The translations under genes and the position numbers were made by a program. A model generated the notes under the pieces. It saw only the letters and a program-made list of their open reading frames with translations. It had not been told where the DNA came from and made no database searches. Below are positions 40,801 to 54,411 of a DNA stretch of 64,000 nt, in pieces. The stretch is from positions 242,510 through 306,509 of the forward strand of contig NMRA01000046.1 of NCBI GenBank assembly GCA_002633005.1, given 5' to 3'. Positions within the stretch are counted from its first letter, which is position 1. Each line of letters begins with the position of its first letter. This DNA comes from Phoronis australis. Taxonomy: Eukaryota; Animalia; Phoronida.

Positions 40801-43800
40801 AATGATACATTACACGCGCTTTGAGGCCCAATTTAATGATACATTGCACACGCTTTGAGGCCCAATTTAATGATGCAAAGCACGCGCTTTGAGGCCCAGT
40901 TTAATGATGCAATACACACGTTTTGAGGCCCAATTGAATGACACAATGCACACGCTTTGGGGTCCAATTTAATGATACAATGCACACGTTTTGAGATACA
41001 GTTTAATGATACAATCCACACGCTTTGAGGCCCAATTTAATGATACAATGCACATGGTTTGAGGCCCAATTTAATGATAAAATACACACGCTCTGAGGTC
41101 CAATTTAATGATACAATGCACACGCTTTGAGGCCCAACTTAATCTGCAAGTCTAAAGCAGTAAAGACCACACAAGTTCGAGACAGTTTGTAAACTGTATT
41201 AAAATACGACAAACATACAACCAAGAGGTCCACCTGGGCTCAGTGGAAAATGTTTAGTGGTGATTCACCTTTATAGTTTGAAACATTCCATTTTTATTCT
41301 AGGTTTTGTGGCCAGCTGACCGATCCAGTTTAATGGACGACGCCTTCAATCTTGCAAGAAGTGGCCAGTTAAATTATAGTGTTCCTTTGGGATTGACTAA
41401 ATATCTGAAGAACGAGTTAAACTATCTGCCCTGGGAGAGTGCCAACATGGGATTAAATTACGTTGACGACATGTTGGAAAATACAACTGCATACGCCAAA
41501 TGGAAGGTAAATTGGATGACAAGTACAACGAAAGCCTTACCACGAACTCATCGAAATAAACGTATGAGAATAGTCCATGCTGTTCTAGTCTTAACAGAAG
41601 CATTCGTTTTCATTTTCCAGTCTATATTTAAGCAATAGTTTTTCGTGTATTCATTTGTAGTATATTCTGCTAATAGAGTTAAAGCATCAAATAGCATGTC
41701 CCAAATAATGAGGACTTCACTTTTATCATTTGTGTACTTTCAGAATTTCATGAAGGAAATTGCAAAGCCTATTGTGGAGGAACTTGGCTGGGAAAATAAT
41801 GGCACCCACTTAGACAAGTAATAATTCAACAAACTTTTGAACTCGTCTTAAATAACTAATACTTTTTCAATATTTCGTCGCTGAAAATTAAGCGTCTTGA
41901 AGCTATAGACCTGGACTATCCGTGCTTTGTAAAGGTACGACTTCATTAAACTTTTAATGGGTTTCCACATCCTACTAATTCCCCGCTTTTCTCGTTAGCT
42001 CGGTAGTGAGCACGGACAACCTTCTGATATCATAGCCGAAGATCTCATACACGAGTCGTATTGATGAATGATTGCCACTCTTTGGCCAACATGGGATGTT
42101 TAGGTAACTCAAAAAGGGAAGCACGGTCACGGAAGTAAACGTCATTTGCACATGTACGGACTTCTGTCACACGGGAAGTCACACGACTTTCAAACCGGAG
42201 AATGATTGGCTGTTTGACTGAGTGAGCAAAAGTTGAGATCACTTCTGTAGCTGTAAAAGAAAGTGTTCTAAATAAAAAACATTTCTACCAGTCATAGTGA
42301 AAAGTAACGAGATAGCTACTAGGCGTATTGCATATATTTTGATCATAAAGTTGGTCTTCCCGTCTTCTTTACTCAATTTCAATGTGATTTCTATGTTTGA
42401 AAAGAATCGACAGTGCGTTATTTCTCCAGACTTACCTCATAAAATTTTAGTGAGTTAAAATTGATCCTAAAAATCAAAGCATTGCCAATTCTTACCAAGC
42501 CTATTTTTACCAAGGACACTTTTGAAAACAATATCATTACGTTGTTTGAGATAAATTTGAACTTCACTTTTGACAGAAAGTCGCTTAAACTTACAACTTC
42601 AATCGCACTTTGAAGGTATCTTCGATCTTTGGTCATCCACAAAGCTTGTGCCCACGGAGCAAGGGATTGTTTAGACAAAGCTAAGCAACTATTTCAGAAA
42701 TGGATGAATGGTGAAGTTATGTAAGTGTATTATTTTTTTGTTCAGAATATGCCATGATATTATTTTTGTAAAAAAATAAATATTTAATGGATTCTGGTCA
42801 GCACGAATTCGTTCCAGTGATCTCCAGGGTATCCTTAGCTACTTTCATGCACAGATGAATAACCGGTCTTTTCAGCTGCCACACGCGATCGAAACTGTTC
42901 GATTTTCAAAGCATTTTGCATTAAAGGCCCCCGCCCAAGTAAACGTTTTAATTAACTGATGACATAATTCCCACAATACTCCGCCTTACCAACCGTTACA
43001 ACGTTAATAAGGCAAACTTTCATTTGTCCATTTGTATGAAATTTGAACTTTACTTAATTCGTTTATTTATTGTTCAAAGTGGTCATTCTAATATTCTAAT
43101 TCGGAGAACACAAAATAAAGTCATCCGAACATAGTCACCTCGTTCAAATAGACAGGCTTTCGATCCGAAACACAACGTGTATACATGTGCGCGAAAGCAA
43201 TTGCAAATTCAAACTTCACAGAAGCAGCAATTCGATTGCCCCTTGTCTTATTCTGCTAAAATGTTTAAACAGTTTTCTAATGATGTTCATCATGTGACAC
43301 CATAATTCTTATTAAATTTTGTTCCTTTAAAATCATAAATTTTCAGTCTTTGCTACTGTATGTATTTAGATTGCATCCAAACCTTCGATCTGTAGTCTAC
43401 AGATACGGTATGCAGGAAGTGGGTAATGCAACTGCATGGAACTTCGTTTGGGACCGCTACAAGAGCGAAACTGTACCACAAGAAAAGATCAAGCTATTAT
43501 CAGCTTTGGGAAAAACTCAACACGTCGACTTATTAGAGAGGTAGTAGCTGGTACATGATTATGACGTCATCAAAGATGTCATGGGTCCAAACTTTGTACA
43601 TTCGTCGAAAAAAAACTGCAACAACAACAATCAATGACCGGATTTCGTTTGATATAAATGTCCAAGATACAATAAAAAGAAATCTGTACAGTTTTATAAG
43701 TTGTCATTCCGTTCTCGTTCTGTAGAACTTTTTAATTTTTTCAAAAACTCAGAAATACGATTTTTTGATAACCCCTAACGCAAAAGTAGAAAATTAAAAA

Positions 43801-46382
43801 GCAACTCATAATAGTCTTTTGGAGAATGGTACATTAAAGCATAGCTTCTAAATCCAATCAGCCTTTTCTGATATAATAGCCAAATTTGAACATTATTCTA
43901 GGGTCCAAAATAACGTCAAAAGATATTTATCAGCCGGTATCCACTTTTGTAAGCATGCACGGTTCAATTCTTTCTTAAATAAGACCATTGCCTGTCAGTA
44001 ACAGTGTATTGTGGTGAGATAAAGTATTTTTACCACAGTGAGGCTTTTTTATATGATATGTATATTATTGGTTAAAAGAAGGGTTTAGGCGATTACCTAT
44101 TGTTGTGTTATTTAAACAATTTACAAAACCCTCCGTCAATGTTCTGTTACATATTTTATGTAACTCCAAGTTAGTACAAGGTGTAGTGAATTGCGACTGT
44201 ATTAATTGCGTATTTCATGTCTTGTCTGCTCTCATGTTGCCCGCTTCGATCTCGGGTTCTCTCGATCTTTTAAAGATACTTGGAAATGGCCATGAATGAA
44301 AGTAATGTGAGATCTCAAGATTTCTTTGGCGTAGTGGCTTATATTCGCGACAATCCAATTGGACGACCTCTTGTATGGTCATGGACAAGAAGAAATTGGG
44401 AAAGACTTGTTCAAAAGCAAGTATATCATTATGTTCTTTTATCAGACCTCTCAAAGGCCGATTGCATAACTTAAGCGCTTACAGTAGTGTACCACAAAAT
44501 GTTCCACTACTAAAAATTTTGCTTAGACTGTATTGCAGGTCGATGAAAGGATATGAAGCTGAAAATATTTGTCACTGAGTGGTAATCTCATGATTCTGAA
44601 TTTAAGCGTACCTATCCTCTACTACACTACACAGGGCGTCTTCTCGATTGCGAATCAGCTGTCTCGGGCATCTCTTGTTTCATTATGCTCAGCATTTTAG
44701 AGGTTGTTTCTGCATTATTTCCATGGTTACGTTACAATGAACAACAATTATCGCCAACTCACTGTCCTTTTGATCTCTGCCAGGAAACGGAGTTTCGCTA
44801 ATGCACGTCTATATTCATCACGGTACATATGTCGAACAGGAAAGTAATATTGTCGCTGGATAATCTCATGGCATTGAAATTTACATTTTACAAGTGTTCC
44901 TGGAGTGGCATTTATTTCGCCAGAAAGTGGAAGTCTTTCTATTTCTGAAATGATTTATTCCTTTTTGGCCATCAGCTGAACTGAAATACGGAAATGCAAC
45001 ATTCTTACTGAACTTATGCGATGACTCCCAACGAGTAGTGTTTCTTCAAATCGCGTCAAATCTTGTGTTTTAGAGCTCGGTCAGTGAACGCTATTTGATT
45101 TCGGTAAACTGAAAAATAATGTATTTTTCTTTTTATTGCTGGCCCTCAATATGTCCACCGTTATGAGATTTTGATCTCGTTTACACATGGTCACTCGAGA
45201 ACAGCAAAGATGTTGACCATCCGACGAATTGGCAACTATGAATAATGATTAACAATTGAAAATTACTGATTTATGAACTCGACAAATACTAAACTATCTA
45301 ATTATATTTTAGGTTTGGCATAGATCACCGTTATCTTGGTCGCATGGTTCCAGGAATCATTCATGTATTCAATACACAATCAAAACTGGATGAGGTTTGT
45401 TTAATTCTGTCTCAAAGTAAGTGGCCGGAGGCAAAATTTTCACATTATAGAAAGCACGGTTTTTATACCGCTTCAATTCGAAATCTCTATGAACGATTAC
45501 ACTTAATTGTAAAATCGAAGTGTTTTTAGAACAAAAATGAAGGCACCGACAATATAAATTGGACACGAGACACTTTTCAATAATCTCGACTAGGTTCTGA
45601 CTTCCTTCTTTACCAAGTGTCACGTTTCTTCATATATTTTCTGATTAGCACCACTTACTTATAACCCATGAAAACCCATAACTTGAAAATAGTTGTATGT
45701 GGAATGTTACTTAAACTAAAATAATGACCAAAATATGTGTGAACATGCGATCTTGTTTTTTTTTAATGCGACTTGCGAATTTTGTTTATTTATTCCGTGA
45801 GTTACAAAAGTACATCTGCACACCTATGGTGTAGTAAGGTGAGCTCCATTAAACATATTTTGGGGAAAACATTCATGTGACTACAAACAAGGAGTCACTA
45901 TTTTTATTCACATGGTTATAAATATGTTTAGTTTAAAAATATATTGCCTGGTTGATTAAAAGTTAGTATTTTAGAACGTGTTTAGAAAAAACGTAGCCAT
46001 TTTCAGTTTGAAAATTCACTTATACCAATTTTGATGTCATCCAGATAGCGTAAGTGCGTGTCACGCAACAACCTTACTCCTAAGGAATAACCGATTGTCG
46101 ATCGGCGAAGTTCACAGGAGAGATACACTGTAGGTCATCAAACTGTTTCACCAGTTAACTTTAAATCGCACTCTAGTCAGTTGTGAGAGGTTTTGAAGAA
46201 TAACTAGAATTGTTTTATTGCATTTCATTGTTTAGGTGCAGGAGTTTTTCCAGAAATATCCTGATGCCGGAGCAGGCGAGCGGGGTCGAATCCAGGCATT
46301 AGAAGAAATTAAGGGGAACATTGCGTGGATGAAAACACACGAGACTACCATAGAAACCTGGTTGAACGAAAACGTATCCTAA
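19872..46382 (+). CDS. ENPEP: Glutamyl aminopeptidase (aminopeptidase A)-like M1 zinc metallopeptidase, type II membrane protein, about 942 aa, 19 exons
   Basis: Exons: 19872-20461, 21248-21389, 23387-23518, 27331-27451, 29276-29430, 31075-31188, 33130-33264, 37138-37203, 37646-37711, 37902-38068, 38450-38529, 40414-40550, 41303-41506, 41744-41817, 42616-42720, 43370-43540, 44276-44416, 45313-45394, 46236-46382 (2829 nt, in frame). Motifs: N-terminal TM ([22 protein letters not shown]), [32 protein letters not shown]...[24 protein letters not shown]. The C-terminal [12 protein letters not shown] resembles ENPEP. AATAAA at 46819-46824. Confidence 0.93.
22128..22278. repeat. Degenerate tandem repeat of about 10 bp (TAGTCCAGTA)n
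   Basis: Repeated tagtccagta/tagtccaata units. Confidence 0.85.
27134..27212. repeat. (CAC/CAA)n trinucleotide low-complexity repeat
   Basis: caacaacaaccaccaccacc... after a poly-C run and an N. Confidence 0.85.
28387..28781. mobile_element. Foldback MITE (same family as 9886-10322)
   Basis: Inverted ends GTGCCCGGTTGCATGAAACA..AGGGATTCAACTAAGTTCC ... GGAACTTAGTTGAGTCCCT..TGTTTCATGCAATCGGCCAC. Confidence 0.7.
29379..29781 (+). repeat. Tandem duplication of about 201 bp covering the 3' part of aminopeptidase exon 5 and the intron start
   Basis: 29379-29579 is repeated at 29581-29781 with few substitutions. Confidence 0.92.
30507..30912. mobile_element. Degenerate foldback MITE (family of 9886 and 28387)
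   Basis: Shares CAACTAAAGTTCC, CTTGTGAAAA.ACTGATT, TGCAACCCCC and the terminal TGCAATCAGGCAC. Confidence 0.5.
34070..34990. mobile_element. Foldback-like element with tandem sub-terminal repeats
   Basis: The left arm has 16-bp units CACTATTCCGAAGGTT (34081-34152). The right arm carries the inverted motif AACCTTCGGAGTAG inside 40-bp tandem units (about 34855-34984). Confidence 0.55.
35956..36209 (+). mobile_element. Truncated left end of the Kolobok-like element seen at 15587
   Basis: TTAA followed by AGGAGAATGCCACCCAAAAAACAA..., colinear with 15587-15832. Confidence 0.75.
36767..36889. repeat. Near-perfect palindrome/hairpin of about 120 bp
   Basis: ATGTTGCAAG-TAGTTTATCCCGTTCAATCCGCCATCTTTTTTGATCACATCA...TGATGTGATCAAAAAGATGGCGGATTGAACGGGATAAACTA-CTGA-CTTGCAACAT. 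Confidence 0.9.
39337..39490. mobile_element. MITE of about 155 bp (copy 2, inverted relative to 11807-11960)
   Basis: Reverse-complement match to 11807-11960 over the full length. Confidence 0.75.
40661..41143. repeat. 34-bp minisatellite, about 14 copies
   Basis: Unit TTTGAGGCCCAATTTAATGATACAATGCACACGC, head to tail with no spacers. Confidence 0.95.
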
Positions 46383-47014
46383 ACGTGACCGCGGGGATGG
46401 CGTGATGAAAAGTCATTTTATCGGATAAACACAGTTTCATATGTGTTTGATGTGTAGGTTATCCATAGATCTATAGCTGGAACCTGAAAATTTGCAGCCA
46501 GATTGTAGTATTTGTAGGACAGAAGTCTTTAATTAATATCATCAACGTTTATTCCTTTTAGATTCATATTAATTATTGAAAATCATGGATAGATATATAT
46601 GATACAAAACTACAAATCCTCTGGAACTGAAGTGCATTGACAAATGATTAAACTGTAAAGTACAAAGTAAATCACATTCGATAGTTTATTCCACATCTTG
46701 GGTGAGATGTAAAGAGTGGAGGACCTCCTCATTGTTTAAACTAGAGGTTTTACCAATTCCATTGTAGTTAATCATAGCCATTTCTATTCTCCTTTCTTAA
46801 ATACATATTCTAAAAATCAATAAAAATTTGTTTTTGTGTAAAAGATAAGTACAGGTTCATTCACTGTGTTCTGACAGGCTGAAAAGGGTTCTTGTTGCTC
46901 CCTAGAGGCTTGATGTAAAAACATTATTCTAAGCTTTCCATTCGCAGAAAACTGGCCATCACGTGAATTTAAATCCAAATAATGTGCGTATCACTTTGTT
47001 ATGTCCACTGTTAA

Positions 47015-50000
47015 TCAAACTCGTAATGAACCTGTTACTTTAAAATACCAAAGTGAGAAAAAAAGTAGAGCCCAGTTTATGGTTAGCTGTGAAGCTTCGG
47101 AGATCGGAGGGGTTGTTTTTTCGTGGGCTTGTCTTGCCAGTAATTGCGGAAGTGTGTAGGACCAGAAGTCGGACCTGCCCTTGAGCATGTTGCTGGTTAC
47201 AGTTGATGCATTGTTGAATACCATGAACATCCGCGCAGACGGCGTAACTTTCGCCCACGTGATATTCACACTCTTTGGACTGTTGGGATCTCTGAAACGT
47301 TTAAAATCAAATTTCGTATTTAAGCAACCAATAAAATTCAGAACTTGACACTTTATTTGCAGTTTACTCATAACAGTTTCCGTATTCAGAAGAAGACCTC
47401 GTTTCACTGGTGCCTTAAACATCGACTGACCATGAACGGTTCCCTCTAACGAGGTGCTTTCCCACGGCTTATAACGAGCCCCATATGCCAACCAAACAAA
47501 CCTGATTTCAAAAGCTTTTGATTGACAGAGATTTTGGCTTACTTATTTGTAGTTATGTGCAAGCATGCAGTCAACTTTTTGACAACTTTTCAGCTTTTGT
47601 CTGATTTACTCTGCAGAGGACATCAACAATTTTCCCCACAGGTCGAATGGCAGTGGCGGATCTACGGGGGGTTCAGGGGGTTTAAACCCCCCTTGGTCCA
47701 GGACCCAAAAATATTTAAAAAAAAACAAAAACGTCTCTAGCAAGACAAAAACGGCACTGCTAGCGTGTGTAAACCCCAAGTAAACCAGCTTGGAAAAAAT
47801 TGAGGGGGGTCACTCTGAAAATATATTTTTTGCATTGTGAATTACTGAGTTTTCGTGGCTCTTCTTTCCTAAAACATTTGACGTTTTTCAATTGTTGACA
47901 ACGCCGGTGATTCGGCTTAATAAAATGATAATTATTTATTGTCGCTTTTAATAATAGACTATGAGCTGAAAGCACCATCGTTCGCCAGTTTTTCTCGTAA
48001 CGAGACAGAACACATGTTTATTTCCGGACTAACAGTACAGGTCTTCCTTCTTAAACAACTTGAGGCTGCTGTTACGCGATTATCTGATATTCAAGTTTTT
48101 ACGCCCCGTCGGTGCTCCTTATGCTCTTGAATATTTGGAAGTTGTCTAAACCCCTGTGTACACACCACACGTTTTTGTATACGACTTTTCGTATGCTAAA
48201 AAGGTGTGTGTATGCAGATGTTCCAAGAAAAAATTTTGCTGGTGGCGTGACTCATACCCAGATGTGCTCAATATGGTTTCACGAAACTTATGAGCCAGGT
48301 TCATGTGACAAAATCGAGAAGGGTTTTTAATTATCTTAAGGAAAACTCCAGAGACATGTTAAGTGCCAGAAACTTACAAGGATGCATTTCCCTATTTGGC
48401 TACAAAAACAAAGGGGGAACCCCCTCCCGACCTCCCCCCGCTCGGCGCCACGTGCCTAGGATTCGACCTTTGCGGGAATCCTAAACTCCCCCCCTTAATG
48501 AAAAGGTAGATCCGCCACTGAATGGTGGTGTGCAACTTTTAACCTAACCCCTAAGTACCCTCCCACTCCTACCTTTCGCAGAAGTCAACTACTGTAGTCA
48601 AATCTATTTTCATTTTCGCCAGCCGTAGTTTGCATGGAAGTAACGAATCAGTGTCCAAAAGCGCTGTCTGTTTTCACTCGCAGAGGTGGGTTAAATGTAA
48701 CTTGAACAATATCTTTCTGGGCTAGACTTTTATACTATGCCATAGTGCTTCGTGATTACCACATAGCATCTGTTTACAGTGGCGGATCTAGGATATCACA
48801 AGGGGTGGCCAACATTTTGTCTGTAAACATTTACGCAAAGCACGATTGTAGATGCGCATAGCACCGAATGGGGGGAGGTCGCCAGGAAATTTTTTCTGTT
48901 TTTTTCCTCTAAAAATCAAGCATTTCCTTGATTCCTGAAGTATTATCCAAGAAAAAAGAAAAGAAAACGGAGAACGTTTAAAATATGAAACACTGCCAAT
49001 ACCACTGACTCGAACTCACGACCTGGTAGCTAGAGCGTGCGTGCTTTACCACTACACCACCACGATTTCTCTCGCACTTTTAGTCTAAGAGACCTACCTG
49101 TTTATGGTCCACAGCGTTTGCGCGCGAAACCTACTTCATTTTGTAATGTTTATTACACTTTTTATATTTTGTACAATCAGTTCGTACCAAATTTGTTGTA
49201 TTTAAAATAGTCTTCAATTATCCAAAAAACCAAATCCGTTTTTTTGTGTAGGCATTAATGACGCGATTGCTTTGGAAATCGTCTTAAGTTAAGGTTTGAC
49301 AAAGAGAGAATTATGAGTTTCTGAGTGATTCACTAAGGCTTCGGTTAAAATTCACATCTTACCAGCAGCTTCTGTTTTTTCATCGTCACTCAAATTCCAT
49401 TTTCTTTAAAATAAAGTAAAATTTTCTTCATTGCACAGTGAAACAGACGACGGAAACGGAGTCATAGTGGGCAGCGCCACTGCCGGTCGTCAAGGATATC
49501 AAGGGAGAGCCTATTCATGTACTTGGCCATAGTTCCGTTACGATTGCACCGTGTTCCGAATTTGACACTTGAAATTGGATCTGAGCCCCTCCCCCCCCGC
49601 CCTAAAACTGCACACATTTAAATCTTGTTTCACCCGTATAATGTTAATTACCAGGGTTAATTAAAAAACTCAACATTTCCCTACGCTCTTGCTGTTTTAT
49701 TTTTTTTGTGGTAGCCAAGGGGGGCAGGCCCCCTGGGAACCCCCCCCCCTAAATCCGCCTATGGTTTATTTGCCAGACTCGGCCAATGTCCTCCACCGCA
49801 TCCTCAACTTACCCCGTTTTTCCGAAGTTGGTCCAATATGTCATCATGGCTTCGCTAAGGCGCCTTTCATCCTCGCTTATAACAAACGATTTCGGATAGT
49901 AATTTTCAAGCCCGAAAACAAATGGTCGTTCCTCTGTGTGATCGGTTTTGTGGAACCAACTTGGATATCCAGTCGCCGGTTTATAAACTCTGTAATGTGG

Positions 50001-53000
50001 CACATAGTCGAAGTAATAGATATAAGAATATCGTGATTTCCGGGCGGAGGATGATGCGTGCGCGTCCACCTGTCGAACAGTACAACTGAAGAACATTGCG
50101 TCCGTCAGAAAGTCAATAGATAGCAGGGCTTGTTGAGTCATGTTGAGAAGACTGGACGAGTACATATCGGCAATGGCAGGAACGAACTTTTCCATATTGG
50201 TGACGTCGCTGTAAACATTAGTTGAAATCGCTTCAGCGACAGCTGGCGCAACGTTGTTAACTAAGACATCTTGTGTCATGCCATCTTTATAATCGTATCC
50301 AAACGCTTTGCCACGACTCGAACTGAAGTAATAGATGCCACCTTCTCCACTGTTGCTGCCAGCTACAAAACAACGTTGACAGTATTGCCCGATTTTCCGG
50401 GACTAAGAGTGTAATTGCACTGGGAGACCTCCAGGGGAGGGTCGCGCAATATGAAAGGACAATTTGTTTAAAAGCGTGAAAGTGTGGTTCCACCATCGGG
50501 GGTTCCCATTTGACAGCAGGTTTCTCAAGATGGAATGGCCTGATGTATGAAGAACAAGAAAGAGCAGTATTTGTCATACGAGTGGAGGCATGGAGCGCGA
50601 AATCTCGTCAAAAATATCTTTTAAACAATTCCAGGAGGAAGTACCATCTCGCAACCTCTACTACAGAGTTATCCACTTTCCCCCGTGAGAAGATTTCCAG
50701 AAAAAAACATAATATTCATGATTTTTGAAATACATTTATGTAGTCACCACGGAGTTTCTGATCTCCCTCCCACTTACGATGAATGCGCGCATGCGCTGAC
50801 AGTCACTCACTAACAACTAACTACAAATCCAAGGTCGACAGCACAGCAAGCAATTTTTACAAAAGCAATTCCAATTGCATTTTTAGAATGTATTTGAATA
50901 CTTCGATACTTTTATAACTAATTTTAAACAGTTGGAACTCACATCAATTGCCTCTTAATCTGATTGGCTACTGCTTGAAGTCGCCATCCTTTTGTTTACA
51001 TGTACATCAAAACTTAAATGTCACATTTTTCAAATAAGGGAAATGTGTAACGCCTATGTCAAATATCAATGTACTTTGCCTTGTACGAGAAAAATCGACG
51101 AAATGACGAGCAGTTGACAGATCGTTTTTTAAAAAATCTTATTTGCCGAATGTGGTCAACTGATAAGATTCTCTTCAAGCCTAGAAAGAAATCGGTTCTT
51201 ATCTGAGTAAGGAATAAGTTGAGACTAATTATATTAGGTAAGTTTTGTAAATGCTAAGTTAGTGCATGTTTACAAGGAAAGCTGGGGTGGACCACCCGTC
51301 AACTGTTAACACTTCTCGTTCCCAAATATGTAAGCCGTGACACATTAGATTAATAATCATAGCGAATTTAATATCAGGTGCAAGTGTGGCGCTTTTTTAA
51401 TTAACAAGCACCATAATAAAATTTTTCGCTTGTCGTTATTTAACTTCTGGAATCCCTGAGAAATCCCGAGTTGGATTGCACACATGTACATCCAGTAGGG
51501 AAGAATTATTCCCTAGAATTTTAAAAATATGAATTCTTAATTTTGTCTGTGCACCTAAAGTTTTATCAGACTTTCACTGTGTGCCAAAGGATCCATTTCC
51601 AAGTGCGTTATGTAAGACCTTCGTTATTGGCAAGTGTGTGTGTTTGCCAAATATCTACAACACTATAGATTGTAACTCAGTAATGGCATTAATTTTCTGA
51701 AAGTAAAAAGCCCGTAGAATTTGATTTTTACCAATCTACCAGTGATTGGATCGCGTGACGATGTCTTTTAGTCAAATTTAGCAAAAAACCAAGGGTACAT
51801 GAATGGTGAAACAACGGTGTCAGTACCATGGTCAAATTTTATTTGATATAAATGCTCAAATAGGTCTAAAAAACGCGGTTACAACTTTCTAAACTACCAT
51901 TTCGTGTTCGTTTTGTAATTTTTATGACAGTCATAAAGGTTCTATTTTTTGATAGCCCCTAATGCAAAATTCGAACATTTTAAAAACAAGTCCTAACTGC
52001 GTTTTTGGAGAAGGGCGCATAAAGTATAGTACCTGAGAAATTGCGTATGAATCTGATACGCCATTTTTGATACATGATGTTCCGAAGTTAGTCAAAATTG
52101 AACAATTTTATATGGTCCGTCCCTCAAATCCTTAAGAACTGGGCTCCACAACAAAATTATCTGGACTCCCGAAAGAGCAAATCTGAAACAGGTACCGATT
52201 CTCGAATCTCTTAAAAGTGTATAAAAATAATCGCGTTTATTGAGAGCGGGGTATACAGGAATAAGAATGTGTGCAACTGGAGTCATTTTCAAACACTAAA
52301 ACAAAACCTTGACAACTTACAATGTGTCGAATAACAAAATGAGTTCTCATGGCGAATTCCATTGAAACCATTTCACTGAAACAGAAATCGACTCCAGACA
52401 AGTGTTTGGGCTTATAAGACATGTTTTGCATTTACCCTCTATAACGCAAATGACTTTTCTGACTGGCACCTAGAATTGCACAAAAAATCATTTTCCGTGA
52501 CTAATGTCATATCCATCATGTCCATAATTTCAAAAGAACGCTACCTGTAAAATCCAAATTTGAAAAGAATTGAAATGCCTCGGACGATTTGTTGCTCAGG
52601 AGCTGTGCTGGGGACTGTGCAATGAAGTCGCCATCCACCACCGGCGCCCAGTGAGGCACAAAGCTTCCGTATAACTGTCTGTTTATTACCCTAGAAATAC
52701 GTGGAAAGTAGCAAGTTATAACAGTGTTACGGGTCGGAAAAACATAACAAGTTACACAAAGGAATTTTTCCTGGTACAGGTAAATATATATTAAATTGCT
52801 TTGAAAGATTCAGAATGATAAAGAATTGACGGCGCCAGCAAACGTCAAGAGACAACATTACACGAAAGGCGAAAAATAGAGATTTTACCTATAGGCACCT
52901 ACGAGATCGTCTGAGGTTTTTGTTCGCAGACAATCCAGTAGTGCAGTGTGATTGGACCCAGTTTTCGAGCAGTTAAGTTCTCCAGCAAACCAGTAGGTCA

Positions 53001-54369
53001 TGTTTAGAGCGTGTTGTGGAGCTTTAGTAGCTCGGGGTGACAGACTAGTACCACTATGCGCAATCACACGGTGAAATAAACCAGAGTTGATCGGAGATAT
53101 AGCCTGCAAAGTATAGGCAAAGATAAGTGGCGTTATTTTCCTCCATAAAATGAAGGGGTAATTTAATACATCTTGATTACACAAAAATTTCCATTTTGTC
53201 TGGTCAAAATCAGCGGTGTTATGAATAGGTTAGAGTACTTGTGATAAAGCTTTTGAGTCACATACGTGAATGCCAACACTAAAACCACCAGCTGAAGCGC
53301 CAAATATGGTAATCCGATTCACATCACCACCAAATTCGCCGATGTTACTTTTCACCCACGAGAACGATAAGTGCTGGTCCCACAAACCTGCAAAGTGTAA
53401 CAAAAAGATTTTAGTTTTTTCTATAATCAGCAATATCCAAAACGTGTCAATACTCTGCCATTGATTTTCGGAATCGGTTTTGCTGTCATTGGTCAATTAA
53501 TCAAATAAATGTCCAGGTAGTATTGATATAAAAAGTGTAAGAATACGAAGTTCATACACAGGGAAAAAGTGACAAGATAAAATAATATTTAATAAGCACG
53601 TTATGTCGTGATACATGTTCAACTCTGATATACATACCATAGTTTCCTTTTGCCTGAGCGTCGCCAGTAGTGAGAAAGCCGAAAGAGTTGAGACGATAAT
53701 TCATTGTTACTATAATAACATCACCGTGGACAGCCAAGGATGCAGGATTGTAGTCGCTTGATGTGCCGTGCCTAGATATTAGTAAGCAAAAATATGAGTT
53801 TTAGCATGACGTCGCTTAATATTTTCTACTATAACGTTATTGATTAATGTTTGTTTGACTATCTGCACACTGTCCACTGTCTTCGTCACTGAACTAGCCA
53901 TTTTTAGAAACCGTGACTCTTGAGACAGTGCTCCAGTAAATCAGCTCGAAACGTAGCGGGATGTGACGCCATTGGTTCACGCTGTGAGAGCACTTCAAAT
54001 AACTTAGGGTTCTGTGATGTCATATAATCGTCTCACCTGTAACCACCACCATGTACCCATACCATCACAGCCCGGCTGGACATGGTCTTGCTCATGTTTC
54101 CCGGCACAAAAATGTTGAGAGTTAAACAATCCTCCGACATGGGTAAGGGGTTAGATCGCAGTTGAGGACAACGGTGGCCGTACTGAGTACAGTTAAGCAC
54201 GTCGGGTGTCCATGGTTTTTTCGGTACAGGTTTCTTGAATCGAAGTCCATTGAGTGGTGGTTCTGCATAAGGGATACCTGAAGAGATATTCTGATTGAAA
54301 TTCTACTGGTGACGTACGCCACATGCCAGTCTTTCTTGATGAAAGCCAGGCAATTGTTTTATATGTATG

Positions 54370-54411
<42 letters not shown>

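Noticed and set aside
40661-41143. Regular 34-bp repeats resembling a CRISPR array
   Set aside because: Units are head to tail with no unique spacers, there are no cas genes, and the array sits in a eukaryotic intron. It is a minisatellite.
49005-49070. tRNA-like A and B boxes on the minus strand
   Set aside because: No convincing cloverleaf or acceptor stem, and it is attached to an interspersed repeat. Treated as SINE-like rather than a tRNA gene.
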